Source of the DNA: Pirellulales bacterium
GTDB lineage: Bacteria; Planctomycetota; Planctomycetia; Pirellulales; PALSA-1355
Reading direction: 5' to 3'
Length of the DNA: 64,000 nucleotides
NCBI GenBank assembly: GCA_050250435.1
Contig: JBFWOR010000011.1
Location: 41,561-105,560, forward strand
The notes below the pieces were generated by a model that saw nothing but the letters and a program-made list of their open reading frames with translations, searched no databases and was not told where the DNA came from. The position numbers and the translations under genes are program-made. Shown here one piece after another: positions 35,159 to 44,776 of the stretch. The number at the start of each line of letters is the position of its first letter. Positions within the stretch are counted from its first letter, which is position 1.

Positions 35159-36272
35159 GGGAGATGATCTCGCCGACGTTGCGCGTGGACATCGCGACCC
35201 ACACAAACGGATTGATACCCTCTTCGATGAACCGCACGGAGCCGTCGCCGAACAGCGTGTTCGCGCCTTCCACGTGCTCGGCATACATTTCGTCGGTATG
35301 CCCGAAGGGATCGTTGGGAGCATGAATGACCACTTGCGGCCGATCGTGCGTGTCGGGCCCGCTGTGTGCCGCCACGATCGCGCCGCCGCTATTGCAGGCC
35401 GATGGGAACGGCTCCTTCGGGCAGGTCACCACCCACGGCACTACGCCCACCCAGGTCTTGTTGCTGAGCAGCGAGCTGTGCTCGCCGATGAACACCGTGT
35501 TCGTCAGGCCGTCGACGACGTCCTTGGCGCGCAGATGTGCATTGCGATAGAAGGGGCCGTCGATCGCCGCTTGCGACGTAATGTTCCCGGCGGTGACCGG
35601 CTCCAGCTCGCGAAAATCGGTGTACTTTGTTTCGCGGCCCCACGGCTGATGAATGCCGGCGTTGGTCACGTAGTGCGAGTGGGCAAAAAACAACTTCGGA
35701 TCGTAGGGCGTGGCCGAAATGGAAGGATCCCAGGCGTCACCCTCACCCCGATCGAGAAAGAACCCATCGCTGCCACCGGTAGCCGACGGACAGAGGAACA
35801 TGCTCACTTTCGTGGCGGCCCGCTCCAGGTTGCCCGGCGCCCAACAGGCTTGCTTCATGTTGAACAGGCCCTGCAGATTCGCTTCTTCCAGATACGGCAG
35901 AATCAGCGCGCCCCAGGCGAATCCGCTGGGGCCGTTGGCGTTGCCGTCGGGAAAACTGACGCCGTTGATGGTGCCCGTGGCTTTCGGGTCGCCCACGTAG
36001 GCCGGCGGAAAGTACAGCATCGCGTCGTGGAACTCGTGGATCGCCAGGCCCATCTGCTTCAGGTTATTCGTGCATTGGCTGCGGCGTGCCGCCTCACGTG
36101 CACTTTGCACAGCCGGCAATAGAAGCGCCGTGAGCATGCCAATGATGGCGATCACCACCAGCAGTTCCACCAGGGTAAACGCCATGCGCGGCAGAGAGCG
36201 GCAACGGCGGACGGCACGGCATCCGATGAAACGTCGCGCGGCAACGCGATCGCAAACAGTTCGTTCGGTCAT
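35145..36272 (-). CDS. DUF1559 / H-X9-DG protein with prepilin-type N-terminal signal
   Basis: [45 protein letters not shown] and C-terminal [17 protein letters not shown]. Start is uncertain (ATG at 36272, 36311 or 36185). The long basic leader is atypical for a prepilin. Confidence 0.85.
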   Translation of the reverse strand: MTERTVCDRVAARRFIGCRAVRRCRSLPRMAFTLVELLVVIAIIGMLTALLLPAVQSAREAARRSQCTNNLKQMGLAIHEFHDAMLYFPPAYVGDPKATGTINGVSFPDGNANGPSGFAWGALILPYLEEANLQGLFNMKQACWAPGNLERAATKVSMFLCPSATGGSDGFFLDRGEGDAWDPSISATPYDPKLFFAHSHYVTNAGIHQPWGRETKYTDFRELEPVTAGNITSQAAIDGPFYRNAHLRAKDVVDGLTNTVFIGEHSSLLSNKTWVGVVPWVVTCPKEPFPSACNSGGAIVAAHSGPDTHDRPQVVIHAPNDPFGHTDEMYAEHVEGANTLFGDGSVRFIEEGINPFVWVAMSTRNVGEIISHANE

Positions 36273-36328
36273 CGCTCTGATCACCCGAGAAAGGTGGCGC
36301 GAAGGAAGCATTGTCGCGCTATTGCCGC

Positions 36329-36356
36329 AATTTAGCAGGTAATTCGTATAATGCAA
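36329..36356 (-). promoter_or_regulatory. Candidate promoter in a sharply AT-rich block upstream of the DUF1559 cassettes
   Basis: Reverse strand reads TTGCAT, 16 nt spacer, TAAATT, inside an AT-rich island of about 100 nt (36300-36400) in otherwise GC-rich DNA. Confidence 0.3.
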
Positions 36357-36526
36357 CAATATTTTTTGAGAGATAGAAAACTTCTCTAAGGCGGGCCGAG
36401 AAGCAAGGTAAGGAGCCTGAAAAGACGGCCAGGTGGCCGGGGCATCTGGCCCACCGGAGCCCAAAAAGCGAAGCCGCCAAAACGGCGACAGCCGCGGCAG
36501 TGGCCGTTCAACGAGGTCGCCGGGCG

Positions 36527-37696
36527 TCAGGCGGAATACGTCAACTGACCTTGCACCAAGGTGCTGCGCACCGTCAGCTTGCTTGGGGCATCGCCCTGAT
36601 CGAGGTCAAACAGCACCAGATCGGCAGCTGCCCCGCTTTCGATCCGTCGCGCCGGCAAGCCAACAAGCTGCGCCGGCCGAGTGCTGGCCATTTCCACGGC
36701 TGTCGGCAAGTCGACGCTGGCAAACCGCATCACGTTCGCCACGCCATAGCCGATCGGTCGCGACGCGCCGGCCAGCAGCTGTTCCTGGCCCGCGATCACC
36801 AGCCGGCCGTCAGGAAGGATTTCCAGCTCGCAAAGTTCCGTGTCGTATCGGCCGGGCGGCATGCCGGCCAGGCCCGAGAGATCACTGACCAGGATGCAGC
36901 GCGCGGGCGTTTTGGCGCGGACGAACGTTTTGACAACCTCGGGCGGCAAGTGATGACCGTCCACGATGAGACTGGCCAGCAAGCGGTCCTCGGCCAATTG
37001 ATCCCACAAGTAGTTGGGATGCCGGCGCAACGCGCGATGCGCGCCATTGCCCAGGTGCGTGCTCAGGGCAGCGCCGGCGTCAACGGCCGCGCGAATCTGG
37101 CTCGAGTCGGCGCTCGTGTGCCCGATGGCCGCAACGACTCCGGCGGCCTTAGCCTGCGCGATGAATGCGGGCGACTCACGATACTCGACGGCCAGCGTCA
37201 CGATACGGATGCGATTTCCCGCAGCCTCTTGAAAGCTGCAGAACTCGCGCCAGTCGGGCGGGCGACAGTGCTCGAGGGGATGCGCTCCGCGCGGGCCGTC
37301 CTCCGGCGACAGATAAGGGCCCTCGAGATGGATGCCGGCGACCGTGCGATCCACCTCGGGCCAGCGGCGACATGCCTGGGCGATGGCGGCCAGCGCGTGC
37401 AGAATGGTTTCGCGGCTTGCCGTGGTGACCGTGGGGCAGAATTGCGTCACGCCGAAGGAAGCCTGTTTCGCGGCAATTTCCGCGACTTTCTCGGGCGTCA
37501 GATCGAGCGAGCTGAACTCCTGGCCGCCATAGCCGTTGCTCTGCACGTCGACAAATCCCGGCGCCAGCCACGGCAGGGCTGCGGGATCCTTCGCGCCAGG
37601 CGCCAGGTCGCTCACCGATGCGATCCTGCCGCCGGCAACTTCCAGTTGCACTTCTCGGCCGGTGAAAACATTCCGGCCCATTACGTGCATTGTCAT
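36527..37696 (-). CDS. nagA: N-acetylglucosamine-6-phosphate deacetylase family amidohydrolase
   Basis: Trimmed to the ATG at 37696 (MTMHVMGRNVF...). PGFVDVQSNGYGG, IHLEGPYLS, AIGHTSAD and STHLGNG are the NagA-type metal and substrate blocks. Confidence 0.75.
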   Translation of the reverse strand: MTMHVMGRNVFTGREVQLEVAGGRIASVSDLAPGAKDPAALPWLAPGFVDVQSNGYGGQEFSSLDLTPEKVAEIAAKQASFGVTQFCPTVTTASRETILHALAAIAQACRRWPEVDRTVAGIHLEGPYLSPEDGPRGAHPLEHCRPPDWREFCSFQEAAGNRIRIVTLAVEYRESPAFIAQAKAAGVVAAIGHTSADSSQIRAAVDAGAALSTHLGNGAHRALRRHPNYLWDQLAEDRLLASLIVDGHHLPPEVVKTFVRAKTPARCILVSDLSGLAGMPPGRYDTELCELEILPDGRLVIAGQEQLLAGASRPIGYGVANVMRFASVDLPTAVEMASTRPAQLVGLPARRIESGAAADLVLFDLDQGDAPSKLTVRSTLVQGQLTYSA

Positions 37697-37876
37697 TGCA
37701 TCCCCGCAGCTGGCGCCAGGCAGTGCCGATAAACCATGGCGCCGCCGGTCGTCTCCGGACAACTTCGCCGAGACGATCTTCGCGCCTGTGGCCTACGATA
37801 GCTGCGCCCAAGCGCGATCGCTACTGGGCGCGCGTCTGGGAAGTAACGCCACGGCCAGGGATCCAGACCGCTCGCC

Positions 37877-38302
37877 CTATTCCGGGGCGTTCGTGGGGCG
37901 CGCGGTGATCATCACACCGCCACCGCTCGCGCGCCAGCGCAGGGGGTCGAACGTGTTGGAGCCCCACCACGGCGAGTAGCCGGTGTAAATCGGAATGGGC
38001 TGCGCGGTGGGCCGCGAGTTCGACATGCCAAACCAGGCCGCCGCCGCAATGCGATCCTGGCGATGCTGGGCCCGAACTTCTGCCCGGCGGCGAATGGCCA
38101 ACTGCACGTCGTCGCGGCGGCGCGTCTGCTGTTCGTAGAGCCACATTTCCGGCGTGGGGGTGACCACGCCCGAGGCGGCGATTTGACCGCCCTGCGCAAA
38201 CGACTCGTCACGGTGTCGGGCGGCAGCCGGTTCTTGCGCGGTCGCTGCGGCGGCCACAAAAGCCAGTCCCAGCGCGAGCGGGATGCAGGTCGTGCGAAGC
38301 AT
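37877..38302 (-). CDS. Small secreted hypothetical protein (141 aa)
   Basis: Strong RBS AAGGAGGATTTTCG before the ATG. Signal peptide MLRTTCIPLALGLAFVAAAATAQE. Last gene of the ECF sigma/anti-sigma string. Confidence 0.65.
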   Translation of the reverse strand: MLRTTCIPLALGLAFVAAAATAQEPAAARHRDESFAQGGQIAASGVVTPTPEMWLYEQQTRRRDDVQLAIRRRAEVRAQHRQDRIAAAAWFGMSNSRPTAQPIPIYTGYSPWWGSNTFDPLRWRASGGGVMITARPTNAPE

Positions 38303-38528
38303 CGAAAATCCTCCTTGCGGTCCGGCGCGGCCAAGAAAGTCGCGCGACGATGTGAAACGGACGCCGGGCCGTTCACGCGCCGCCAGGGCGGTGGCGCGTG
38401 CGGGGTCGACTCGGGGCCGCTACAGTCGGATTCGGCGCGCCAGAGGCTGCAAGATTAAGCGATTTTGCCAGACATGCCCGACGGCCTGCGGGGGCAAACG
38501 GCGCGGCTCGCGAAGGAGGCGGAGAGTT

Positions 38529-39392
38529 TTAGGCCAGTGGCATGCCGGCCGAGCTCACAAACGCGCGGTAGTTCCGGACGTTGCCGTCGACCACCAGCAC
38601 ATACACCAGGCCGCCCGCTTGCCAGTAGCCAACGGACTTGCCGCCGGTGGTGGACTGCGGTGCCGCGGGAGGAGCCCCCGGAACACCGCCCTTGGAAAGT
38701 CGCACGACAAACAGTCGCGCGGTGCCGGCAGTTGCATGCGCCAGCTTGTAGGCGATGCCGCGCACCTGGCCGATTTGCCCGATCCGCTGCCAGCCGGTCG
38801 CCTCCGCGGTAATGGCGCCGGGCACGGCAAAGCCGCGCGGGGCGGTTTGCATATTCAGCCACTTGGGCTCGAGTTCCGCCAGCCATTCGTCGGCCATGGA
38901 CTCGATCGTGGCTTCCTCACCGAAGGCCACAAACTGCGAGACAAACGTCGCCACCACCACCGTGGCAGCCACGGCCGCGCCGATCGCCAGCCAGTCGCGC
39001 CGCGAAAATCGCGCTTTGCGTGTCGCGGGTTCCGGCTTCGGCTCGGGGGCGACCAGCTGGCTTTCCGACGAGGCGAAGGTGCCTGCAGAAGCGGCCGTGG
39101 CGATGGCCGTCGCCAATCCGCCCGCCGCAGGTTGTCCCGCGCTTGCCGGCAATACGGTCGCGCTGCGCGCCAGCGCTTGTAGAATTCGGTCTGCCAGGCC
39201 ATCCGGCACGGCGACGCGCTGCGTCGCGGCCACGACGGCCGCATCCCACTTTTGTGTGCGCGCGTACACGGACTGCACCTGCGGATCTTCGGCAACCTGG
39301 CGCTGCAGATCGGCCAGCTCGGCAGACTGCAGGTCGACGCTGCCCGGCCGGCAAGCGTCGATTTGCTCGAGGGTATGTCGATCGATGGTCAT
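38529..39392 (-). CDS. Putative anti-sigma factor (single-pass membrane protein)
   Basis: Immediately downstream of the ECF sigma gene. Cytoplasmic N-terminal domain of about 60 aa, TM helix WLAIGAAVAATVVVATFVSQFV, then an extracytoplasmic domain. An alternative start at 39494 would overlap the sigma gene. Confidence 0.6.
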   Translation of the reverse strand: MTIDRHTLEQIDACRPGSVDLQSAELADLQRQVAEDPQVQSVYARTQKWDAAVVAATQRVAVPDGLADRILQALARSATVLPASAGQPAAGGLATAIATAASAGTFASSESQLVAPEPKPEPATRKARFSRRDWLAIGAAVAATVVVATFVSQFVAFGEEATIESMADEWLAELEPKWLNMQTAPRGFAVPGAITAEATGWQRIGQIGQVRGIAYKLAHATAGTARLFVVRLSKGGVPGAPPAAPQSTTGGKSVGYWQAGGLVYVLVVDGNVRNYRAFVSSAGMPLA

Positions 39393-39456
39393 GTGTGCCA
39401 CGTCCGCGCCAGTGTCGTCGGGATCGTTATTGCCGTCGGAATCGCCTGCCAGGCGA

Positions 39457-40056
39457 TTATGTTTTGTTTGTCGTCGATTGCCCCGACGTCGCAAAGGCCG
39501 GACGGCGCACGGGGCCGGTGCTGGGCGGCGTCACTTGCAATTGCTCGGCCTGACACAGGCAGGCTCGCAGTCGCGACTTGGCCCTGGCCAGGCGGCTCAT
39601 GACCGTGCCCAATGGAATCCCCAACGTGTCCGCAATCTCACGATACGATTGTTGCTCGAAGTAGAACAACAGCAAAGTGACCTTAAAATCGTCGTCGAGC
39701 GAATCGATAGCTGCTTGCAACTGCTCGCTGTCGATCTCCGACTCGATCGTCTCGTCCGGCACCCCGTTGATGTCCAATTCGAGGCTGGCGGCCGGCAGCG
39801 GCAAGCGCTGCCTGCGGGCCTTCAAATAGTCGTTGCGCAATACCGTAAACAGCCAACTGCGCGCGCACCGCGCATCGCGCAATTGTTCGAGCTTTTGCTG
39901 GGCAATCAGGAAGACCTGTTGTGTCAGGTCTTCGGCGTCGGCGGCAGAGCCGGTGAGGCGGAACGCGTAGCGATAGAGCGCCTGGTGATGCTCGACCACC
40001 AATGGGCCAATGTCCAACGGCGCACCCTCAGCGGCCATGCTCCGCCCCTTTGCCAT
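39457..40056 (-). CDS. ECF-type RNA polymerase sigma-70 factor
   Basis: Trimmed to the ATG at 40056 (MAKGRSMAAEG...). Region 2 is HHQALYRYAFRLTGSAADAEDLTQQVFL...WLFTVLRND. Region 4 is LLLFYFEQQSYREIADTLGIPLGTVMSRLARAKSRL. Confidence 0.9.
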   Translation of the reverse strand: MAKGRSMAAEGAPLDIGPLVVEHHQALYRYAFRLTGSAADAEDLTQQVFLIAQQKLEQLRDARCARSWLFTVLRNDYLKARRQRLPLPAASLELDINGVPDETIESEIDSEQLQAAIDSLDDDFKVTLLLFYFEQQSYREIADTLGIPLGTVMSRLARAKSRLRACLCQAEQLQVTPPSTGPVRRPAFATSGQSTTNKT

Positions 40057-40655
40057 ATGAAAAGAGACTTTGCACCTGCGGATTATTCCCGCGCGTGCCG
40101 AAATTCCGCACCGGAAATTCGGCTGACGCGTGCGTTCGGCATCTAGCCCGCATTTCTCACCAGCCTCCTGCTGTGCGGAGCCCAAGTCCTTGGCTGGCGT
40201 CGTCGAGGGGCGCGTCTCGACTCTCAGCGTATGTACCAATACGCTTGCGGCCGAGCCGCACCTCTCTCCTCGGCAGTCAAGGACTTAGCTCCGCTCGCTA
40301 CGAAGTTGGTGAGAAATCCGGGCTAGGCGTGCCCCAGATTTCGCGGCGATTCGTCCGCGGCAAGCAGCGTATACGAGTCCTTTGCGGCGGTCAGTATACG
40401 CCTTTTTTCGGCAAAACCCATGGGTGCGCGGGGCCGTGGCAATAGTTTGACCGCGCTGGGCGCAACTGCTTGGTGCGCGGACAGTTCGGTCTGCTATGAG
40501 TGAATTCGCAGCCCGCCTGGAATTCTTGGATGCCCCCACACGAGTCCACGCTGGCGGGAATAAATGCCTCCGCAAGTGGATCGTAGTGGGTTGAGACCAG
40601 GCAGGGTGGTCCTGCAAGGCCCAAAACGCGTTTCCATGAAGGAAGGGTGACCCAG

Positions 40656-40820
40656 ATGAAAAAGTTAGGTGCATTTGCCCTGCTGTTGTGCCTCAGCACG
40701 TTTGTGATTGGCTGCAAGCCGGCCGAGAAGAAGGAAGCCGCCCCGGCCGACGCCGCTGCTCCGGCCGATGCCGCTCCGGCTGACGCGGCCCCCGCCGCCG
40801 AAGCTCCCAAGGCTGAGTAA
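40656..40820 (+). CDS. 54-aa lipoprotein with PADAA repeats (below the ORF-track length cutoff)
   Basis: ATG at 40656 after GAAGGAAGGG. MKKLGAFALLLCLSTFVIGC is a lipobox. Then KPAEKKEAAPADAAAPADAAPADAAPAAEAPKAE-stop, followed by a strong terminator. Confidence 0.6.
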   Translation: MKKLGAFALLLCLSTFVIGCKPAEKKEAAPADAAAPADAAPADAAPAAEAPKAE

Positions 40821-40845
40821 CGCGCCTGGCGTAGCGATACGAAAA

Positions 40846-40879
40846 GGAGAGACGCCCATGGGTGTCTCTCTTTTTTTTT
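40846..40879 (+). terminator. Rho-independent terminator of the small lipoprotein gene
   Basis: GAGAGAC ... GTCTCTC stem followed by T9 (40871-40879). Confidence 0.75.
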
Positions 40880-40889
40880 GCGCGCGGAG

Positions 40890-40921
40890 AAAAAAGGGGA
40901 CATTCTGAATGTCCCCTTTTT
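40890..40921 (-). terminator. Bidirectional rho-independent terminator (uvrB side)
   Basis: A6-GGGGACATT-loop-AATGTCCCC-T5: a 9-bp perfect stem (40896-40904 / 40908-40916) flanked by A and T runs. It abuts the uvrB stop codon. Confidence 0.8.
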
Positions 40922-43017
40922 CACCGTTTCGGTCGGGGCAAACGCCCGCCGCGGCCACGGCGTCGGCCGGTGGACGCGCTGCCGGCGCGGCGCGCATCGA
41001 CTTCCGCCACGGTGCTGCCCATCGAGTTGCGCATGCGCTCGATCCGGTCGCGCAGCGCCGCGGCCCGCTCGAATTCCAGTTCTTCAGCGGCCTTCATCAT
41101 CTCCGCCTCGAGCTCGGCCAGAAATTCCTCGGTGATGTACTGCGCATCGTCGCTTCGTCCCACCGCCGCGTTGGCCTGCGCGTGGGCCGCTGCTTCCGCC
41201 TCGATACCGGCGCGGATGCCTTTGCGAATCGTCTCGGGCGTGATGCCGTGTTCGCGGTTGTAGGCTTCCTGCAGGGCGCGGCGGCGCTCGGTCTCTTCGA
41301 TGGCCCGCTGCATCGATTCGGTCACCGAGTCGGCATACAACAGCACTTTGGCGTTTACATTTCGGGCCGCCCGGCCGATGGTCTGCATCAGCGACGTCTC
41401 GCTGCGCAAGAAGCCTTCTTTGTCCGCGTCGAGGATGGCGACCAGTGAGACTTCCGGCAGGTCGAGCCCTTCGCGCAGCAGGTTTACCCCCACCAGCGCC
41501 TCGAATCGTCCTTGGCGCAGCTCGCGCAACAGCTCCACGCGCTCGAAGGCGTCCAACTCGCTGTGCAGCCATTTGCAGCGCACCCCTTTGTCCACCAGGT
41601 AGGCCGAGAGATCCTCGGCCAGCCGCTTGGTGAGCGTGGTCACCAGCACGCGTTCACTCACGGCCGCCCGGGCCCGAATCTGCTCGAGCAAATGCGGCAC
41701 CTGCGTGCGCGCCGGACTCACTTCGATCACCGGATCCAAGAGCCCCGTGGGCCGAATCACCTGCTCGACGAACTCGCCGCCGGTGCGGTCCAGCTCATAG
41801 GGCCCCGGCGTGGCCGACACGTAAACCACTTGATTGATCTTCTGCTCCCACTCTTCGAATCTGAGTGGCCGGTTGTCCAACGCGCTGGGCAACCGGAAGC
41901 CGTGCTCCACCAGCGTGCTCTTGCGGCTGTAGTCGCCGGCAAACATGCCGCGCACCTGCGGCACCGTGGCGTGCGACTCGTCGACAAACAGCAAGTAATC
42001 ATCCGGAAAGAAATTGAACAGCGTCTGCGGCACCGCCCCGGGCGGCCGGCCCGACAACGGCCGGCTGTAGTTCTCGATGCCCGGGCAGAAACCAACCTCC
42101 ATCATCATCTCGATGTCGAAACGTGTGCGCGCGTTGAGCCGCTGGGCTTCGAGCAGCTTGCCGTGGTTTTTCAGTTCCTCGAGCCGTTCCTCCAGCTCCT
42201 GCTTGATCGAGTCGATGGCGGCGGCAATCCGCTCTTCGGGCATCACGAAGTGCTTGGCCGGGTAAATGAACATCTCCTCTTCGTGCCGCACCACCTCGCC
42301 GCTCGTGGGATTGATGATCGAAAGCTGCTCGATGTCGTCGCCCCAAAACTCGATTCGCAAGCCAAACTCTTCGTAGCTCGGCCACAATTCCACGCAGTCA
42401 CCGCGCACGCGAAACTTGCCCCGCGAGAATTCCACGTCGTTGCGCTCGTATTGCACGTCGACGAGCTTGACCAGCACGTGGTCGCGGTCCACCGTCATGC
42501 CGCGACGCAAGTTGATCATCATGGCCTTGTAATCATCCGGCGAGCCCAAACCGTAGATCGACGATACGCTGGCCACGATCACCACGTCGCGCCGGCTGAC
42601 CAGGGCGCTGGTCGTGGCCAGCCGCAGCCGGTCGATCTCCTGGTTGATCGAGGCATCCTTCTCGATGTAAATATCGCGCTGCGGAATGTACGCCTCGGGC
42701 TGGTAGTAATCGTAGTAACTGACGAAATAATGCACGGCGTTGTGCGGGAAGAACTCCTTGAACTCGGCGTACAACTGCGCGGCCAGCGTCTTGTTGTGCG
42801 AGAGCACGAGCGTGGGCCGCTGCATGGCCTGAATCACGTTGGCCATCGTGAACGTCTTGCCCGAGCCGGTGACGCCCATCAGCACCTGGTCGCGACGGCC
42901 GGCGCGCAGTCCCTCGATCAGCGTGGCAATGGCCTGCGGCTGATCGCCGGCGGGCTGAAAGGGACTGACGAGATCGAAAGGCACGTGAGCGAATACCTGT
43001 GGGCGGGAGAGGGACAC
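40921..43017 (-). CDS. uvrB: Excinuclease ABC subunit B
   Basis: 698 aa. PAGDQPQAI, Walker [11 protein letters not shown], helicase motifs (DESH, GRAARN) and the C-terminal UVR domain [15 protein letters not shown]. Confidence 0.97.
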   Translation of the reverse strand: MSLSRPQVFAHVPFDLVSPFQPAGDQPQAIATLIEGLRAGRRDQVLMGVTGSGKTFTMANVIQAMQRPTLVLSHNKTLAAQLYAEFKEFFPHNAVHYFVSYYDYYQPEAYIPQRDIYIEKDASINQEIDRLRLATTSALVSRRDVVIVASVSSIYGLGSPDDYKAMMINLRRGMTVDRDHVLVKLVDVQYERNDVEFSRGKFRVRGDCVELWPSYEEFGLRIEFWGDDIEQLSIINPTSGEVVRHEEEMFIYPAKHFVMPEERIAAAIDSIKQELEERLEELKNHGKLLEAQRLNARTRFDIEMMMEVGFCPGIENYSRPLSGRPPGAVPQTLFNFFPDDYLLFVDESHATVPQVRGMFAGDYSRKSTLVEHGFRLPSALDNRPLRFEEWEQKINQVVYVSATPGPYELDRTGGEFVEQVIRPTGLLDPVIEVSPARTQVPHLLEQIRARAAVSERVLVTTLTKRLAEDLSAYLVDKGVRCKWLHSELDAFERVELLRELRQGRFEALVGVNLLREGLDLPEVSLVAILDADKEGFLRSETSLMQTIGRAARNVNAKVLLYADSVTESMQRAIEETERRRALQEAYNREHGITPETIRKGIRAGIEAEAAAHAQANAAVGRSDDAQYITEEFLAELEAEMMKAAEELEFERAAALRDRIERMRNSMGSTVAEVDARRAGSASTGRRRGRGGRLPRPKR

Positions 43018-43075
43018 GCGCGGATAGCGGAGGGGCGCGCTCAGTTAGAAGGATACGCAAACGCCGCCCGCATGA

Positions 43076-43432
43076 CTACCGCCCGCCGCCGGCCACATTG
43101 CCGGTCGCCGGAATCGGCCGCAAATACGGACGGATCTCGTCCAGTGTCTTGGGGCCGATGCCGCGCACGCGTCGCAACTCTTCGAGATCGGCATAGGGGC
43201 CGTCCGCCGCACGCGACTCGACAATCCGCCGCGCCAGCGCTTCGCCCACGCCGGGCAGGGTCGTCAGCTCCGGCCACTCGGCCCGGTTGACGTCCACCTG
43301 AAACTGCGCCGGCTGCCGCGGCGCGCGGTCGATCTCGATCAGCCGTCCGGTCGCGCCGCCCCGGGCCAGCCACCACCATCCGGTGCTGCCGAGCGCTACC
43401 AGCACCAGCGCGGCGATGGTGGCTTGTTCCAT
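43076..43432 (-). CDS. ComEA-family helix-hairpin-helix DNA-binding protein
   Basis: Trimmed to the ATG at 43432 (MEQATIAALVLVALGSTGWWWL TM anchor). VDVNRAEWPELTTLPGVGEALARRIVESR...LEELRRVRGIGPKTLDEIRPYL is a tandem HhH. Confidence 0.8.
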   Translation of the reverse strand: MEQATIAALVLVALGSTGWWWLARGGATGRLIEIDRAPRQPAQFQVDVNRAEWPELTTLPGVGEALARRIVESRAADGPYADLEELRRVRGIGPKTLDEIRPYLRPIPATGNVAGGGR

Positions 43433-43581
43433 ACGCCGCAAAAGGAGCGGGCGGGCCGGGCGATCTGGTCGTGAGTCTTCGAGTGCCACGCAATTGCTGC
43501 TCAAGAGTGCACGGAATCGTCCGCGCGGCGCCAGGTCTGGTGGCCCGTCGCCCGCAGTTGCTATTATGGATCATCGCCCGC

Positions 43582-44532
43582 ATGTCGCACACACCTTGCG
43601 CGCCGCCAGTGGCCAAAGATTTCAAACAGCTTGAGTGGGACGCAGCGCTCGTCGACGATTGCCGCCAGATCGTGCGGTTGGCAGTTCGCGAGGATTTGGA
43701 CCGCAAATTCGATTGGACGACGATTGCGCTGGTACCCAGCGGCACTGCGGGCGAAGCCGCGATTGTGGCCCGCGGTGAGGGCGTCGTCGCGGGACTAAAG
43801 GCGGTGGAAGTTGCCCTAGCAGAAATGGACGTCACGCTGCACCTGACCGGAGCCGTGGCCGACGGCGCGTCCGTCTCGCCCGGCCAGACTCTGGCGACGT
43901 TGACGGGTCCGGCGCGCAGCCTGCTGACCGCAGAGCGGATTCTGCTCAATCTGCTGGGCCATCTCTCGGGCATCGCCACGCTGACGCGGCGGTATGTGGA
44001 CGCGGTAGCCGGCACACAGGCCCGCATCTACGACACGCGCAAAACTACGCCCGGTTGGCGCCGCCTGGAAAAGTACGCCGTGCGCTGCGGCGGCGGCCAC
44101 AATCATCGCACCGGGCTATTCGACGCCATCTTGATCAAGGACAACCACCTGGCAGTCGCTGCGCAGGCGCTGGGCGAAGTGACCACGCCGGCGCAGGCCG
44201 TCGAGCGCGCCCGTCGCCTGGCGCGCGCGATTGCGGCGGCGCCGGCCGGCCAGGAACTAATCGTCGAGGTGGAGGTCGATACGCTCTATCAGCTGGAGCA
44301 GGTCTTGCCCATGCTGCCGGACATTGTATTGCTCGACAACATGGCTCCGGCCGAGTTGCGCCGCGCCGTGGAATTGCGCAATCGCATGGCGGCCAACGTC
44401 GAGCTCGAAGCCTCCGGCGGCGTGCGGCTTGATACCGTGGCCGAGATCGCCGCCACCGGCGTGGAACGCATTAGCGTGGGCGCGCTCACCCACGCTGCGC
44501 CGGCGCTCGACATCGGGCTCGATTGGCGGTAG
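43582..44532 (+). CDS. nadC: Nicotinate-nucleotide pyrophosphorylase (carboxylating)
   Basis: Trimmed to the ATG at 43582. LTAERILLNLLGHLSGIAT, IYDTRKTTPGWRRLEKYAV, GGGHNHR, ILIKDNH, LLDNM and EASGG are QPRTase blocks. Confidence 0.9.
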   Translation: MSHTPCAPPVAKDFKQLEWDAALVDDCRQIVRLAVREDLDRKFDWTTIALVPSGTAGEAAIVARGEGVVAGLKAVEVALAEMDVTLHLTGAVADGASVSPGQTLATLTGPARSLLTAERILLNLLGHLSGIATLTRRYVDAVAGTQARIYDTRKTTPGWRRLEKYAVRCGGGHNHRTGLFDAILIKDNHLAVAAQALGEVTTPAQAVERARRLARAIAAAPAGQELIVEVEVDTLYQLEQVLPMLPDIVLLDNMAPAELRRAVELRNRMAANVELEASGGVRLDTVAEIAATGVERISVGALTHAAPALDIGLDWR

Positions 44533-44575
44533 CTCCGCCACGATCGACACAACCGCTGGGACCGCTGGTTCCGGT

Positions 44576-44603
44576 TTGACAGGGCCGCGCCACGTCGTAT
44601 GGT
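44576..44603 (+). promoter_or_regulatory. Candidate sigma70-type promoter ahead of the type IV filament cluster
   Basis: TTGACA (44576-44581), 16 nt spacer, TATGGT (44598-44603), 44 nt after the nadC stop. Confidence 0.35.
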
Positions 44604-44645
44604 TTCGATGCACTTGCGCCTTTTGGGGAGGGGCGCAGGGCACGG

Positions 44646-44695
44646 TACGGCAGGGGTAGCTAGGAGCTTGAGGGGACCCTGCCGTATCTTTTTTT
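44646..44695 (+). terminator. Strong intrinsic terminator / possible leader attenuator
   Basis: Perfect 10-bp stem TACGGCAGGG (44646-44655) / CCCTGCCGTA (44677-44686), 21-nt loop, then TCTTTTTTT (to 44695). Confidence 0.7.
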
Positions 44696-44776
44696 GGTCC
44701 GGCCTTGCTTCCGCCGGCGCGCTGCGTTCCCCGCCTGCCGTGCCCGATTCCTGCCCTGACTGACGTCGTTGCCACC

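Noticed and set aside
36347-36352. Perfect TATAAT on the plus strand in the AT-rich block
   Set aside because: There is no plus-strand gene downstream, so it would only produce antisense to nagA. The best -35 (TTGCCG) is 19 nt away. The block is more plausibly the minus-strand promoter/UP region of the DUF1559 cassettes.
41512-43290. 592-aa plus-strand ORF
   Set aside because: It is antisense to uvrB. Composition is Arg/His/Leu/Gln-rich and no domain is recognisable.
43041-44027. 328-aa minus-strand ORF
   Set aside because: It overlaps the comEA-like gene out of frame and is antisense to nadC. Ala/Arg/Ser/Thr-rich with no motif.
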